Origin: an uncultured Clostridia bacterium
GTDB lineage: Bacteria; Bacillota; Clostridia; Christensenellales; UBA1242
Direction: 5' to 3'
Length of the DNA stretch: 64,000 nt
NCBI GenBank assembly: GCA_949949035.1
Contig: CATLHJ010000001.1
Span: 6,116-70,115 of the forward strand
The notes beneath the pieces were generated by a model. That model saw only the letters and a program-made list of their open reading frames with translations, did not search any database and had not been told where the DNA came from. This document shows, piece by piece, positions 1 through 8,965 of the stretch (the first letter of the stretch is position 1; each line of letters starts with the position of its first letter). The position numbers were made by a program, and so were the translations under genes.

Positions 1-370
1 GGCGGGCAACCTTGATGCTGTCGCCGTCATGAGCGTATTGTTTAATCCATCCGTTAACCATTTTTTGTGTGCGTTCAGCCGGTGCGTTTATAATCTGTTC
101 CCGCGCCCGGGCAAACGCGGTAGCTAATACTTGTTGTTGGGCGTCAGCGCGCCGCTTAATTAAAGTTACTGCGTTGGCACGACTTTGTTCGGTTTGCTGT
201 TGGGCTTGCCTAGCCTTGGCGTCCGTCAGTGCCTGTTCCTTGCGTACGGAGGCTTGTTGGGTGGCGTCCGCCAGTTGGGTGCGGGCTTGGCTTTCTGCCG
301 CCGCTACCAAAGCCGCCGCCTGTTGCTTGGCGTTTTTGATAATCTGGTTGGTTAGTTGTTGTTCGGTCAT
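1..370 (-). CDS. ntpE: V-type ATP synthase subunit E (N-terminal 123 codons; the gene continues past the left edge)
   Basis: Absent from the ORF track because it runs off the edge. My minus-strand translation from ATG 370 reads MTEQQLTNQIIKNAKQQAAALVAAAESQARTQLADATQQASVRKEQ..., with no stop before position 1. The A/Q-rich coiled-coil N-terminus and the position after ntpK fit subunit E. SD AAGGAG lies 6 nt upstream. Confidence 0.65.
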   Translation of the reverse strand, partial: MTEQQLTNQIIKNAKQQAAALVAAAESQARTQLADATQQASVRKEQALTDAKARQAQQQTEQSRANAVTLIKRRADAQQQVLATAFARAREQIINAPAERTQKMVNGWIKQYAHDGDSIKVAR

Positions 371-380
371 GGTTTACTCC

Positions 381-851
381 TTACGCTCCGGCGGGGATTA
401 ACAACACGCACAAAATTGAAATGATTAAACCGAACAAGGCGAACAATTCGCTGAAAACCGACATCGTAATCGCCCGACCTAACGCGTCGTCCCGTTTACC
501 GACCATCACGGTCGCGGCGGCACAAACTTTGCCTTGGGCAATCGCTGCGGTACAGCCCGCAATTGCTACGGCCAAACAACCACCCATCACCATCAGCCCT
601 TGGTTCAAGGTGTATGACGCGCTATTATTCAAAACTACTTTGGTTAAAACCAAGAACGCTACAATGAAGCCGTACAGCGCACTGGACGACGGAATCAGTT
701 GCAGTACCAAAGTTTTACTGTACTTTTCGGGTTTTTCGGCAATAACCCCACAGCTGGCTTTTTGCACCGCCAACATGCCAAAGGCCGATCCTGTACAGCA
801 TAAGCCGACGGCTAACGCGGCACCGATTAAAGCAAAAGCATTTCCTCCCAT
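381..851 (-). CDS. ntpK: V-type ATP synthase subunit K (proteolipid c-ring subunit)
   Basis: 156 aa with four Gly/Ala-rich hydrophobic helices. It has the AQGK motif and a conserved carboxylate in the last helix (SVFSELFALFG). Strong SD AAAGGAGG upstream. Confidence 0.9.
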   Translation of the reverse strand: MGGNAFALIGAALAVGLCCTGSAFGMLAVQKASCGVIAEKPEKYSKTLVLQLIPSSSALYGFIVAFLVLTKVVLNNSASYTLNQGLMVMGGCLAVAIAGCTAAIAQGKVCAAATVMVGKRDDALGRAITMSVFSELFALFGLIISILCVLLIPAGA

Positions 852-870
852 AATTCTTTCCTCCTTTTAT

Positions 871-2820
871 TTATATCACACCTTGACCTTGCAGGCGGAT
901 ATAGCGTAATTGACTGCCGAGCGGGGTAAACGCGACCCCGTCGCCGACGTAGAACTTACCGAAGAACTCAACGAATTGCAGGCGGGCGTTGTGAATGTAG
1001 GTTGACAGCAGTCCCAACGCAATGTTTAACGCGTGGAAAATAACCGCGACTACCGCGCCCAAGATGTAGCCGAACCACCCGATTCCCGTGAACATCCCGA
1101 ACAGGTAGTTAGCAACATAGGCGATGACGCAGCCGACCAAGCCCACCCCGAACAAACGGGCGTAAGACAAAATGTCACTGAAATAATTAATCACTTTGTA
1201 CGCCCCCGTGAACATACCGACCAAATAACCACTGATTTTTTTACCAACGCCGTTCAGTAAAACCAAGCCCGCGAAACCAACCGCCAAGGTAATCACGCCC
1301 GGCAACATTAACGGTTGAAACCACGCCATAAACGGGTAGTCCAAAGTGATAATTAAACTGATTAAAGTTGGGAACGCCAAGGTCAAGCCGACAAAAAACA
1401 CAAGCGGCGGGAGACCACGACACAGACCGTCCAGCCACTGTTTTTGGCGCAGTAAGTTGATGACGTTCAGTAACGCACCGACCGTTAACTGCATCACGCC
1501 CAAATACAGCGACAGGGCGAAAAATAAAATGGCGTCGTTGCCGATGGGACTGATGATGGTGCGGGGCATCATGATACTGGGTAATTGCAGGCCAAACCAA
1601 CTGTTAAAGACTAAACCCCACAACGCAGCGGAAAAGCCGCCCATTAAAAATAAGGCCAGCATTTGGCGCATACCACCCCGTGGACGCTTAAAAATTAAAA
1701 TACCTGCTGTTACCAACGACAATAAAATGCCGTATGCTACGTCACCAAACATCATGCCAAAAAATAAGAAGTAGAACAATGCCACGAACGGGTTGGGGTC
1801 TAGGTCGGTACGTCCCGGTAGACCATACATGGCGGTAATGCTTTGATACGGCGCCACAAGGGGCGTATTTCTCATTAACGCGGGTGGGTTATCGGTAGCG
1901 GTGGCGTCTTTTAATTCTACCACGACGTGGCGGTCGGTATGGTGCAGTAGTTCGGTAAAAGTGGTTGCCATCTTGGCCGGTAACCAACCGTGTACGACAA
2001 AACAGGTTTTGGTTTGAATGGTAGCGGTTAAAATGGACAAAGTATCCAATTCATTCAGCAGGTAATCGTGGTAAGTTTTTAGCAAATTGATTTGTGTGGT
2101 GGTGGGTTGGTTTTTGGTTTGTAAAGTCTTAATTTGCTCTGCCAGTTCTTGCTGGATTCGGGTCAGTTGGGCAATTTGGGCGGCGGGAGTGCGGTTAAAA
2201 GTGTACTGTTCGGGGAAAGGAGTCCAACCGTAATCGTAAATGGCGGTGGCCAAAGGTAAGTTGGTTTGCTCACCCGTTAACACCACCAGTAATTTTTTGT
2301 GGCGGGTTGGGTAAGTTTCACACAAGAAGTCATTTGTGCCAAGGTCATTTTGGAAACGGATAAAATCGGTCGGCGCCATACTGCCGGCTAACACAAATGC
2401 ACTGCGCGTATGGTGCAAAAGTGATGCCGCAATCGGTAGTTCAGCAAATGGTTGCAGTTGTTCAATAGTAGTTTGTGCGCTTTGAACTTGATGGTTAAGG
2501 TCCGCCACCGCGTTTTTGGTCGCGGTAAGTTTGGTGATTAACTGGTCAATTTTCTTTTGTTGCTTGGTCACCCGTTGCAATTCGGCGTAGGTCATTGTTA
2601 GCGGTTTGGTGTCGGCTTTCAGGTAAGTCAGCAGGCCACTGACCGTGTTCAAATCTTGGGTCAGTTGGGTTTTGCGGATGGCTTCGTCGGGGGGTAATTG
2701 ATTGCCGGTTGACTTGTAAAAGGTAATTTGGAAATTACCGGTAGCCTTTAAGGCATTAATAACCTTTTTCAAGTTGGTGCGTTCGCCGACCAAAGTAACT
2801 TTTTGCATTTTGGCAAGCAT
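871..2820 (-). CDS. ntpI: V-type ATP synthase subunit I (a-type stator/proton channel)
   Basis: 649 aa. The N-terminal half is soluble coiled coil and the C-terminal half is multi-TM with the conserved Arg helix (ILSYARLFGVGLVG). It lies between the small stalk gene and ntpK. Confidence 0.9.
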   Translation of the reverse strand: MLAKMQKVTLVGERTNLKKVINALKATGNFQITFYKSTGNQLPPDEAIRKTQLTQDLNTVSGLLTYLKADTKPLTMTYAELQRVTKQQKKIDQLITKLTATKNAVADLNHQVQSAQTTIEQLQPFAELPIAASLLHHTRSAFVLAGSMAPTDFIRFQNDLGTNDFLCETYPTRHKKLLVVLTGEQTNLPLATAIYDYGWTPFPEQYTFNRTPAAQIAQLTRIQQELAEQIKTLQTKNQPTTTQINLLKTYHDYLLNELDTLSILTATIQTKTCFVVHGWLPAKMATTFTELLHHTDRHVVVELKDATATDNPPALMRNTPLVAPYQSITAMYGLPGRTDLDPNPFVALFYFLFFGMMFGDVAYGILLSLVTAGILIFKRPRGGMRQMLALFLMGGFSAALWGLVFNSWFGLQLPSIMMPRTIISPIGNDAILFFALSLYLGVMQLTVGALLNVINLLRQKQWLDGLCRGLPPLVFFVGLTLAFPTLISLIITLDYPFMAWFQPLMLPGVITLAVGFAGLVLLNGVGKKISGYLVGMFTGAYKVINYFSDILSYARLFGVGLVGCVIAYVANYLFGMFTGIGWFGYILGAVVAVIFHALNIALGLLSTYIHNARLQFVEFFGKFYVGDGVAFTPLGSQLRYIRLQGQGVI

Positions 2821-2825
2821 AGTGG

Positions 2826-3098
2826 TCAGTCTCCGTAAAACGCCTGAACAATGCTTGCTACGACTGTGGCCATGGTCTGTTCGGGTACATTATATTCGAC
2901 CGCGGGCACGGGCTCGGGGGGTGGGCTGGGTAAGTTAGCAATCGCGGTGGCAATCGCTTGTTCGGTTTGGGCGTGCAAAGTCTCAATCTGTTGGTAAGTA
3001 CGTTGTTCAATTTCTTGGGCGGTTTGGTTAGCCTTGGCGATTAAATTATCCGCCTTGGTTTCGGCCTGATTGATTAACTGCAAAGTATCCGCCAACAT
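2826..3098 (-). CDS. small coiled-coil V-ATPase stalk protein (subunit G/H-like), first gene of the operon
   Basis: 90 aa. The helical Q/A/E-rich N-terminus (LINQAETKADNLIAKANQTAQEIEQRTYQQIE) resembles peripheral-stalk G/H subunits. It sits 5 nt upstream of ntpI. Confidence 0.5.
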   Translation of the reverse strand: MLADTLQLINQAETKADNLIAKANQTAQEIEQRTYQQIETLHAQTEQAIATAIANLPSPPPEPVPAVEYNVPEQTMATVVASIVQAFYGD

Positions 3099-3105
3099 CT
3101 ATTTA

Positions 3106-3134
3106 AGGATAGCGTGGGGTACCGCGATTTGCAA
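3106..3134 (-). promoter_or_regulatory. putative sigma-70-type promoter of the V-ATPase operon, leaderless geometry
   Basis: On the minus strand: TTGCAA (3134..3129), 17 nt, TATCCT (3111..3106), 7 nt, ATG at 3098. No SD in between. Confidence 0.45.
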
Positions 3135-3169
3135 GCAAATTTTGCCCGCCGTCCTTATATATATAGTTT

Positions 3170-5659
3170 ATGCCTGACCTTACTGGACTTAATGCGCGGG
3201 AAGTGGACGCTGCCCGTCGGCAGTACGGACGTAATGTTTTAACGCCCCCGAAGTCGCGTAGTTTTTGGACGATTTTACTTGGTAATCTTGGTGATCCGAT
3301 TATGAAAATTCTTATGTTCGTCACCGCGATTAACTTGGCGTTTTTGTTTTATTCGCGCAATTTTTTGGAAACCTTCGGCATCGTGGTGTCCATTGTGATT
3401 GCCGTAACTGTCAGTACGTTAAGCGAACTGGGTAGCGAAAGTGCGTTTAAGAAACTGGAAAAAATGACCGCCACCCTGCAGTCGCGGGTTAAGCGAACTG
3501 GGCAGACGGTATTGGTGCCCGCGGTGGATTTGGTCGTCGGCGATTTAGTGTTACTCGGCAGTGGGGACAAGGTACCGGCCGACGGGGTCATGGTCAGTGG
3601 CGAAATTACCATTGACCAAAGTATCTTAAATGGCGAGAGTGCGGAATGTCACAAGCGGGCGGGTGGTGCTGTTCCCGATCATGCCGACTTTTTGTCGCCC
3701 GTGCAAGTTTTTTCGGGGACCATTGTTACGGGGGGCAATGGCCTGTTCCGCGTCACGGCGGTGGGTGACCAAACCGAATACGGAAAAATTGCCAAAGGTT
3801 TAACCGAAGAGGCCCCGACCAGTCCGTTAAAGGTCAAGTTATCCAAGTTGGCCGGCTTGGTGTCCTTAATCGGTTACCTTGGTGCGTTTATCGCGGCCAT
3901 TACTTATTTAATCAGTGTTGGTCGCGACGGGTTCACTTTTAACGAAATTTTGAACGCGGTAACTTTGGTGGTGTCCGTTATCGTAATGGCGGTGCCCGAA
4001 GGTTTACCCATGATGATTACCGTGGTGTTGTCGTCCAACATGCGAGCAATGATGAAAGATAATCTGTTGGTACGTAAATTAAGCGCCGTGGAAACAGCGG
4101 GTAGCCTTAACATTTTATTTACCGATAAGACGGGGACGATCACGGCGGGGCAGTTATCCGTGTGTGGGGTGTTGTTGCCGAACGGGCAATATGTGACCGA
4201 TCACTTTACCCAGCAGTTGGGTGGTTTCGGGCAACTGTTAGGTACCGCGTTAGTGGTGAACAACGAAGCCGAACACACGGCTCATGGTTTTATTGGGGGC
4301 AATATTACCGATCGGGTACTGGCAGAATTCGGTTACAAGTTACTTGGCGGAGTAGTACCTACGGTAACCAAGGTGAACAGTGTGCCTTTTTCTTCCGCAA
4401 CTAAATACATGGCTACGGAAACCGCGGATGGTTCCTTATATTACAAAGGAGCCACCGAAGTGTTGTTGCCGCGTTGCCAATTAACCCCCGATGAGCGGAT
4501 TAAACTGCAACAGCAAGTGGTGGCCTTGAACGAACAAGCCATTCGCGTAATTTGCGTGACCGAAGGTGACGTATTACTTGGCTTTATCGCCTTGCGCGAC
4601 GCGGTACGGCCGGAAGCCAAAGCCAGTATTGATACTTTGCATACCGCCCAAATGCAAGTGGTCTTGGTAACGGGTGACGCCCGTGAAACGGCGGTGGCAG
4701 TTGCCAAAGAAGTGGGCATTTTGGACACTGACGGCGTGGTGCTAACCAGTGATGAACTTAACCAACTGGACGATAAGGCGTTGGCGGCGGTGTTGCCACG
4801 TTTACGGGTAGTGTCGCGGGCGTACCCGCAAGATAAAAGCCGTCTGGTTAAGGTAGCGCAGTCGCTTAATCTGGTGGTGGGTATGACGGGTGACGGGGTT
4901 AACGATGCTCCTGCCTTGAAACGTGCCGAATTGGGTTTTGCTATGGGCAGTGGTACCGAAGTAGCCAAAGCCGCGGGCGATATTATTATTGTTGACGATA
5001 ATATCAAGTCGATTACCAAAGCAGTTTCTTTTGGGCGTACCTTATTTGAAAGTATCCGTAAATTCTTGGTTTTCAAACTGACGATTAACTTTGTAGCGAT
5101 GGCAATTTGTATTATGGCGCCGTTGTTCGGTATCGCGTCGCCGATTACCGTTATGCAAATGCTATGGATTAACTTGGTGATGGATACTTTGGCGGGGTTG
5201 GCGTTTGGCGGTGAAAAACCGCGTGCCAAGTACCTGCGCCAACCACCCAAGCGGCGGGACGAAAGTTTAATTACGCGGGCGATGTGGGGGCAGATTATTT
5301 GGGGCAGTATCTTTGGCACACTGATTTGTTTGTGGTTCCTGTTATCGCCTTACGTGCAACGCATTGTTGGCGACCAAGCCACTTTCGCGACCGTGTTCTT
5401 TACTTTCTTTATGTTCCTTAATCTTTGTAACGCGTTCAATGCGCGGGCGGACGGGGTTAATATTTTCGCGGGGTTATTCAAAAACAAAGCGTTTATCATT
5501 ATCATGGGGTTAATCGTGGTGGCCCAGTTTGCGATTATCTATTGGGGTGGGGGAGTATTCCGTACCATACCACTGGACTTTATTTATATTGCTTTTGCGG
5601 GGGTACTGGCCCTGTCCATGGTGCCGGCTGAACTATTCCGCAAAGCGGTGTTCAAATAA
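3170..5659 (+). CDS. P-type cation-transporting ATPase, Ca2+ (PMCA/SERCA-like, YloB-type)
   Basis: 829 aa. Motifs present: phosphorylation site LFTDKTGTIT, PEGLP (VPEGLPMMITVVLS), and hinge TGDGVNDAPAL. The N-terminus LNAREVDAARRQYGRN is typical of P2 ATPases. TATATA (3158-3163) ends 6 nt before the ATG. Confidence 0.88.
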   Translation: MPDLTGLNAREVDAARRQYGRNVLTPPKSRSFWTILLGNLGDPIMKILMFVTAINLAFLFYSRNFLETFGIVVSIVIAVTVSTLSELGSESAFKKLEKMTATLQSRVKRTGQTVLVPAVDLVVGDLVLLGSGDKVPADGVMVSGEITIDQSILNGESAECHKRAGGAVPDHADFLSPVQVFSGTIVTGGNGLFRVTAVGDQTEYGKIAKGLTEEAPTSPLKVKLSKLAGLVSLIGYLGAFIAAITYLISVGRDGFTFNEILNAVTLVVSVIVMAVPEGLPMMITVVLSSNMRAMMKDNLLVRKLSAVETAGSLNILFTDKTGTITAGQLSVCGVLLPNGQYVTDHFTQQLGGFGQLLGTALVVNNEAEHTAHGFIGGNITDRVLAEFGYKLLGGVVPTVTKVNSVPFSSATKYMATETADGSLYYKGATEVLLPRCQLTPDERIKLQQQVVALNEQAIRVICVTEGDVLLGFIALRDAVRPEAKASIDTLHTAQMQVVLVTGDARETAVAVAKEVGILDTDGVVLTSDELNQLDDKALAAVLPRLRVVSRAYPQDKSRLVKVAQSLNLVVGMTGDGVNDAPALKRAELGFAMGSGTEVAKAAGDIIIVDDNIKSITKAVSFGRTLFESIRKFLVFKLTINFVAMAICIMAPLFGIASPITVMQMLWINLVMDTLAGLAFGGEKPRAKYLRQPPKRRDESLITRAMWGQIIWGSIFGTLICLWFLLSPYVQRIVGDQATFATVFFTFFMFLNLCNAFNARADGVNIFAGLFKNKAFIIIMGLIVVAQFAIIYWGGGVFRTIPLDFIYIAFAGVLALSMVPAELFRKAVFK

Positions 5660-6362
5660 TTTGGTTTTTGCGAACCAATCGCCAATCGCCAACCGCCAAG
5701 TTGCCCAGTCGTAACTTGCCTTCCGCGACGCGGGTAAGAGTGAGTACGTTCAGGTTTTGGGTGGCAAACATTTTACGGATTTGGCGGTTACGGCCTTCGT
5801 GAATGGTTACTTGAATACGAGTGCGTTCGTGGTTAAGGTAACTAAATTGGGCAGGCGCCGTCCTAACGCCGTCAATGTTGACCCCGCGGGACAGGGTGAC
5901 CAGCTCCTGTTGGGTAACGGGGCGGTCGACGGTCGCCCAATAAACCTTGTCGACATGAGTGGACGGGTGGGTTAACTTTTTAGTTAAAGCACCATCGTTG
6001 GTTAGTAATAACAGTCCCGTGGTATGGTAATCTAACCGCCCCACGGGGTATAAACGCAGTCGGTTAATTAAGTTACCATATTGCTTGGGGTTGTCGCGCA
6101 ACACGTCTAACACCGTGCGCCGGCCTTGCGGATCGGCGGTGGTGGAAACCACGCCGTCGGGTTTGTTTAGTAAAATGTACACTAGGTCGGTTGGTGGGGT
6201 TACCGGACGATCATCCACCATCACGGTAGTGTCGGGGGTAACCGTGGTCGCCAGGTTAGTGATGACTTGGCCGTTGATTTTGACCCGACCGGTCACCACC
6301 AAGTTTTCTACATGACGGCGACTGCCGAGTCCGCATTGGGCAAGATATTTGTTTACTCGCAT
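5652..6362 (-). CDS. rluB: pseudouridine synthase, RsuA/RluB family
   Basis: S4-domain N-terminus MRVNKYLAQCGLGSRR and catalytic GRLDYHTTGLLLLTNDG. I trimmed the track ORF (start 6551) to the internal ATG at 6362, which aligns with the family N-terminus. Confidence 0.85.
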   Translation of the reverse strand: MRVNKYLAQCGLGSRRHVENLVVTGRVKINGQVITNLATTVTPDTTVMVDDRPVTPPTDLVYILLNKPDGVVSTTADPQGRRTVLDVLRDNPKQYGNLINRLRLYPVGRLDYHTTGLLLLTNDGALTKKLTHPSTHVDKVYWATVDRPVTQQELVTLSRGVNIDGVRTAPAQFSYLNHERTRIQVTIHEGRNRQIRKMFATQNLNVLTLTRVAEGKLRLGNLAVGDWRLVRKNQII

Positions 6363-6384
6363 ACGAAAAAAGTATATCATAGAA
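6363..6384. promoter_or_regulatory. 22-bp divergent intergenic region with overlapping opposite-strand -10 boxes (rluB / SurE-like 1)
   Basis: Sequence ACGAAAAAAGTATATCATAGAA. Minus strand: TGaTATACT (6379..6371), then 8 nt to ATG 6362. Plus strand: TATATC (6373-6378), then 6 nt to ATG 6385. No room for leaders or SDs. Confidence 0.5.
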
Positions 6385-7188
6385 ATGATGAATATCCTAA
6401 TTGCTAACGTACGTAATTTGGAAGCCCCCGAAACGCGGGTGTTGGCGGGGGAACTGGCCAAGAAGCACCGCGTGACGGTTTGCTCCATGGATTTGCCCAG
6501 TCGGCAAAAGGGTAACGCTTTTTCGTACAGCGGTTTTCCCATTAAGTTCAAACAGCTTAGTAGTTACCAAATTAACGGGGAAAAAATTCCCGCCTATAAA
6601 TTCCAAGGCACACCCGCGGACATGATGTCGATTATGCTGGGTAACATCATGCGTCACCGTCAACCGCAAATTGTCATCTGCGGGATCAGTAATGGTATTT
6701 CTTTGGGCACCGATGTATTTTGTTCGTCAAACGTAGGAATGGCGATGCAGGCCGCGTTTGCTAACGTACCGTGTATTGCGGTAGGCATGCCGATGCGGGT
6801 CGGGGGACACAGCGAAGCCGAGTTGTTGCCGGTGGCGCAATTTATTGCGAAAAACATTGAGAAACTGGCCAAAATGCAATTACCGACCGATACTTTCTTA
6901 AACATTTCTTTCCCGTTGGTTAAAAAATACGAAGACTACCAAGGGGTGGGTATCTCGTCCATGGATAACTTAACCAAGATGACCCGTTATGTGGAAAAGG
7001 TCGACTGCAAGGGTAACACCTACTACTGGGCGGAAATGGTGACCCGCGAAAGTGCGGAGAACGCACCATTGTCACCGACCGCCGGTATGTCGTATTTCCA
7101 AAAGCATTACATCATTATGTCGCCGTTAACCTATGATTGTACCGATTACACCCGTTTATCCGCGTTACAAAAGGGGGAAAGGCTATGA
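6385..7188 (+). CDS. SurE-like protein, divergent paralog 1 (N-terminal metal-binding motif absent)
   Basis: 267 aa with SurE-family blocks: QGTPADMMSIMLG, ICGISNGISLGTDVFCSSNVGMAMQAA, LNISFP, and a C-terminal SPLTYDCTDY. The N-terminus MMNILIANVRNLEAP lacks the canonical NDDG. Confidence 0.65.
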   Translation: MMNILIANVRNLEAPETRVLAGELAKKHRVTVCSMDLPSRQKGNAFSYSGFPIKFKQLSSYQINGEKIPAYKFQGTPADMMSIMLGNIMRHRQPQIVICGISNGISLGTDVFCSSNVGMAMQAAFANVPCIAVGMPMRVGGHSEAELLPVAQFIAKNIEKLAKMQLPTDTFLNISFPLVKKYEDYQGVGISSMDNLTKMTRYVEKVDCKGNTYYWAEMVTRESAENAPLSPTAGMSYFQKHYIIMSPLTYDCTDYTRLSALQKGERL

Positions 7189-7955
7189 AAATTTTGCTTA
7201 CTAACGAAGCGGGCTGTTTTCACCCCGGCATTGTCGCGTTAGCCAAAGAATTAAGTAAGGACCATCGAGTTTGCGTGGTGGCACCGTTAAACCGGTTAAG
7301 CGGAGCGGGGCACGCGTTAACTACCGACCAACGACCGTTGCACGCGCAACAGTGGTTCGTGTTGGACAGTGTTAAAATGTGGTCAGTAGACGGCACGCCT
7401 TGCGACTGTGTGGCGTTGGCGTTAGACAAATTATTGTTGGATAAACCCGACTTAATTATCGCGGGGATTGATCCGGTTAATAATCGTGGTAATATGATTT
7501 ACACCAGCGGAGTGGTCTCGGCCGCTTTGGAAGGTGCAATTCAGGGCATTAAAAGCATTGCCATCAGTGCTCCTATTGCCGACGACAAAAAAGAAAAGTT
7601 GTACCGTCCGGTGGCAAAATGGGTGGCACGTAAATTACGCTACTTAGTAAATTGTACGCCGGATTTCGGGGCGTTAAACGTAAACTTTCCAACAAAATTT
7701 AAACCCCAAAAAATTATGCCTACGCAATTAACGGATGGTTTATTGGATAACGATTACGAGATTGAAGTTAACCCGTTTGGTTCGACTTACGCGTGGCTAA
7801 AAAGTCCGTTAAGGGAATTTGGTTTGGAGGCTTATGGGCAACAAGGGGATTTGTACTGGTTAAAGCAGGGTTACATTACGGTAACGCCATTAAAGTTAGA
7901 CTTATTAAAGGGCGAAGCGGTAACGGCCTTGCAGAAAGCGGGGATTAAGTTATGA
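7185..7955 (+). CDS. surE: SurE-like 5'/3'-nucleotidase family protein, paralog 2
   Basis: 256 aa. It starts MKILLTNEAGCFHPGIVALAKELSKDHRVCVVAPLNRLSGAGHALT and carries DGTPCDCVALAL, YTSGVVSAALEG and LNVNFP. ATGA start/stop overlap with paralog 1. SD AGGGGGA upstream. Confidence 0.75.
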   Translation: MKILLTNEAGCFHPGIVALAKELSKDHRVCVVAPLNRLSGAGHALTTDQRPLHAQQWFVLDSVKMWSVDGTPCDCVALALDKLLLDKPDLIIAGIDPVNNRGNMIYTSGVVSAALEGAIQGIKSIAISAPIADDKKEKLYRPVAKWVARKLRYLVNCTPDFGALNVNFPTKFKPQKIMPTQLTDGLLDNDYEIEVNPFGSTYAWLKSPLREFGLEAYGQQGDLYWLKQGYITVTPLKLDLLKGEAVTALQKAGIKL

Positions 7956-8620
7956 GTGAATTTATCAACATTGCGATTGATGGACCTGTGGCCAGTGGCA
8001 AAGGGACGGTCACCAAGGCTTTGTCGGCGCGTTTAGGCATCCCCGCGTTGGATACGGGGGCAATGTATCGGGCGGTAACGGTGGATCTGTTAGACCGTAA
8101 CGTGGATATTCACGACGAAAAAGCGGTCCTGTTCGCGTTAAATAAGACTGATTTACGGGTGTTTATGTCTGACAACAGTATTATGCGTGTGTTCGTGCGT
8201 AACCACGACGTATCGGCCCGCCTGCGCGATAACGCTATCAGTTTGGCGACGCCCACGGTCGCGGCCTACTCGGGCGTGCGCGATTACGTTAACCGCCAAA
8301 TTGCGGTGGTGGCCAGTACGGGAAACTACATTTTGGAAGGGCGGGACATTGGTACCACAGTTTTACCCCACGCCCAGTATAAGTTTTTCCTTACCGCCGA
8401 CTTGGTTGAACGGGCTAAACGCCGGAAGTTAGACTTGGCGCGCAAGGGGGAGGATGTGCCGTTATTGGAAGTGATGGCGCAAGTTAAACAACGTGACGAA
8501 GCCGACGCCAACCGTGTAGTAGCGCCGTTGAAACAGGCCGACGACGCGATTCTGATTGATAACACGGGGTTGACCTTGGAACAAACCATTGACAGTATGT
8601 TAAAATATATTAAACTATAA
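7952..8620 (+). CDS. cmk: cytidylate kinase
   Basis: 222 aa with P-loop IAIDGPVASGKGTV and a family-typical LDTGAMYRA block. ATGA overlap with the upstream gene. Confidence 0.9.
   Translation: MSEFINIAIDGPVASGKGTVTKALSARLGIPALDTGAMYRAVTVDLLDRNVDIHDEKAVLFALNKTDLRVFMSDNSIMRVFVRNHDVSARLRDNAISLATPTVAAYSGVRDYVNRQIAVVASTGNYILEGRDIGTTVLPHAQYKFFLTADLVERAKRRKLDLARKGEDVPLLEVMAQVKQRDEADANRVVAPLKQADDAILIDNTGLTLEQTIDSMLKYIKL
8589..8616 (+). promoter_or_regulatory. putative internal promoter for the asp23-nusB-xseAB-recN unit, embedded in the cmk 3' end
   Basis: TTGACA (8589-8594), 16 nt, TAAACT (8611-8616), 7 nt, ATG 8624. No SD before 8624. Confidence 0.4.
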
Positions 8621-8623
8621 CTA

Positions 8624-8965
8624 ATGGATACAATTGTGCATATTGAAGACGGAAAATATTTAGGACAAACTAAATTTGCCCCCAGTTTGTTAGAAGAATC
8701 TTTGGCTCTGGGCGTGCGCGAAGTGCGAGGCGTGGCCAACCTTGATCACAAAAAAGGTATTCAAATTCACCGTTGTAAAGATAGCAAGGACTTGATTATC
8801 GATATTGGTTTGGTGGTCTTGAATGGGTACGCGGTGCCGGATGTAGCCTACCGAGTGCAAGAAGCCGTGATCAACAGTGCCGCCCAACTGACGACTAACA
8901 AAATTGACCGCGTTAATGTTTACGTGCGGGGGGCAAAATATGGGGCAAGCGTTAAGCAGAAGTGA
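8624..8965 (+). CDS. Asp23/Gls24 family (alkaline shock) protein
   Basis: 113 aa. The sequence has the Asp23 pattern (LALGVREVRGVANL ... VPDVAYRVQEAVINSA ... VNVYVRG). It sits directly upstream of nusB, as yqhY does in Bacillus. Confidence 0.75.
   Translation: MDTIVHIEDGKYLGQTKFAPSLLEESLALGVREVRGVANLDHKKGIQIHRCKDSKDLIIDIGLVVLNGYAVPDVAYRVQEAVINSAAQLTTNKIDRVNVYVRGAKYGASVKQK

Noticed and set aside
69-909. Plus-strand ORFs 69-401 (110 aa, Ala/Cys-rich) and 421-909 (162 aa)
   Set aside because: They lie antisense to the well-supported ntpE and ntpK genes. Their low-complexity composition is typical of shadow ORFs, and they have no SD or promoter.
4441-5319. 292-aa minus-strand ORF inside the P-type ATPase gene
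   Set aside because: It lies entirely antisense to a CDS with unambiguous P-type ATPase motifs. Its Ser/Ala/Arg-rich composition marks it as a shadow frame.
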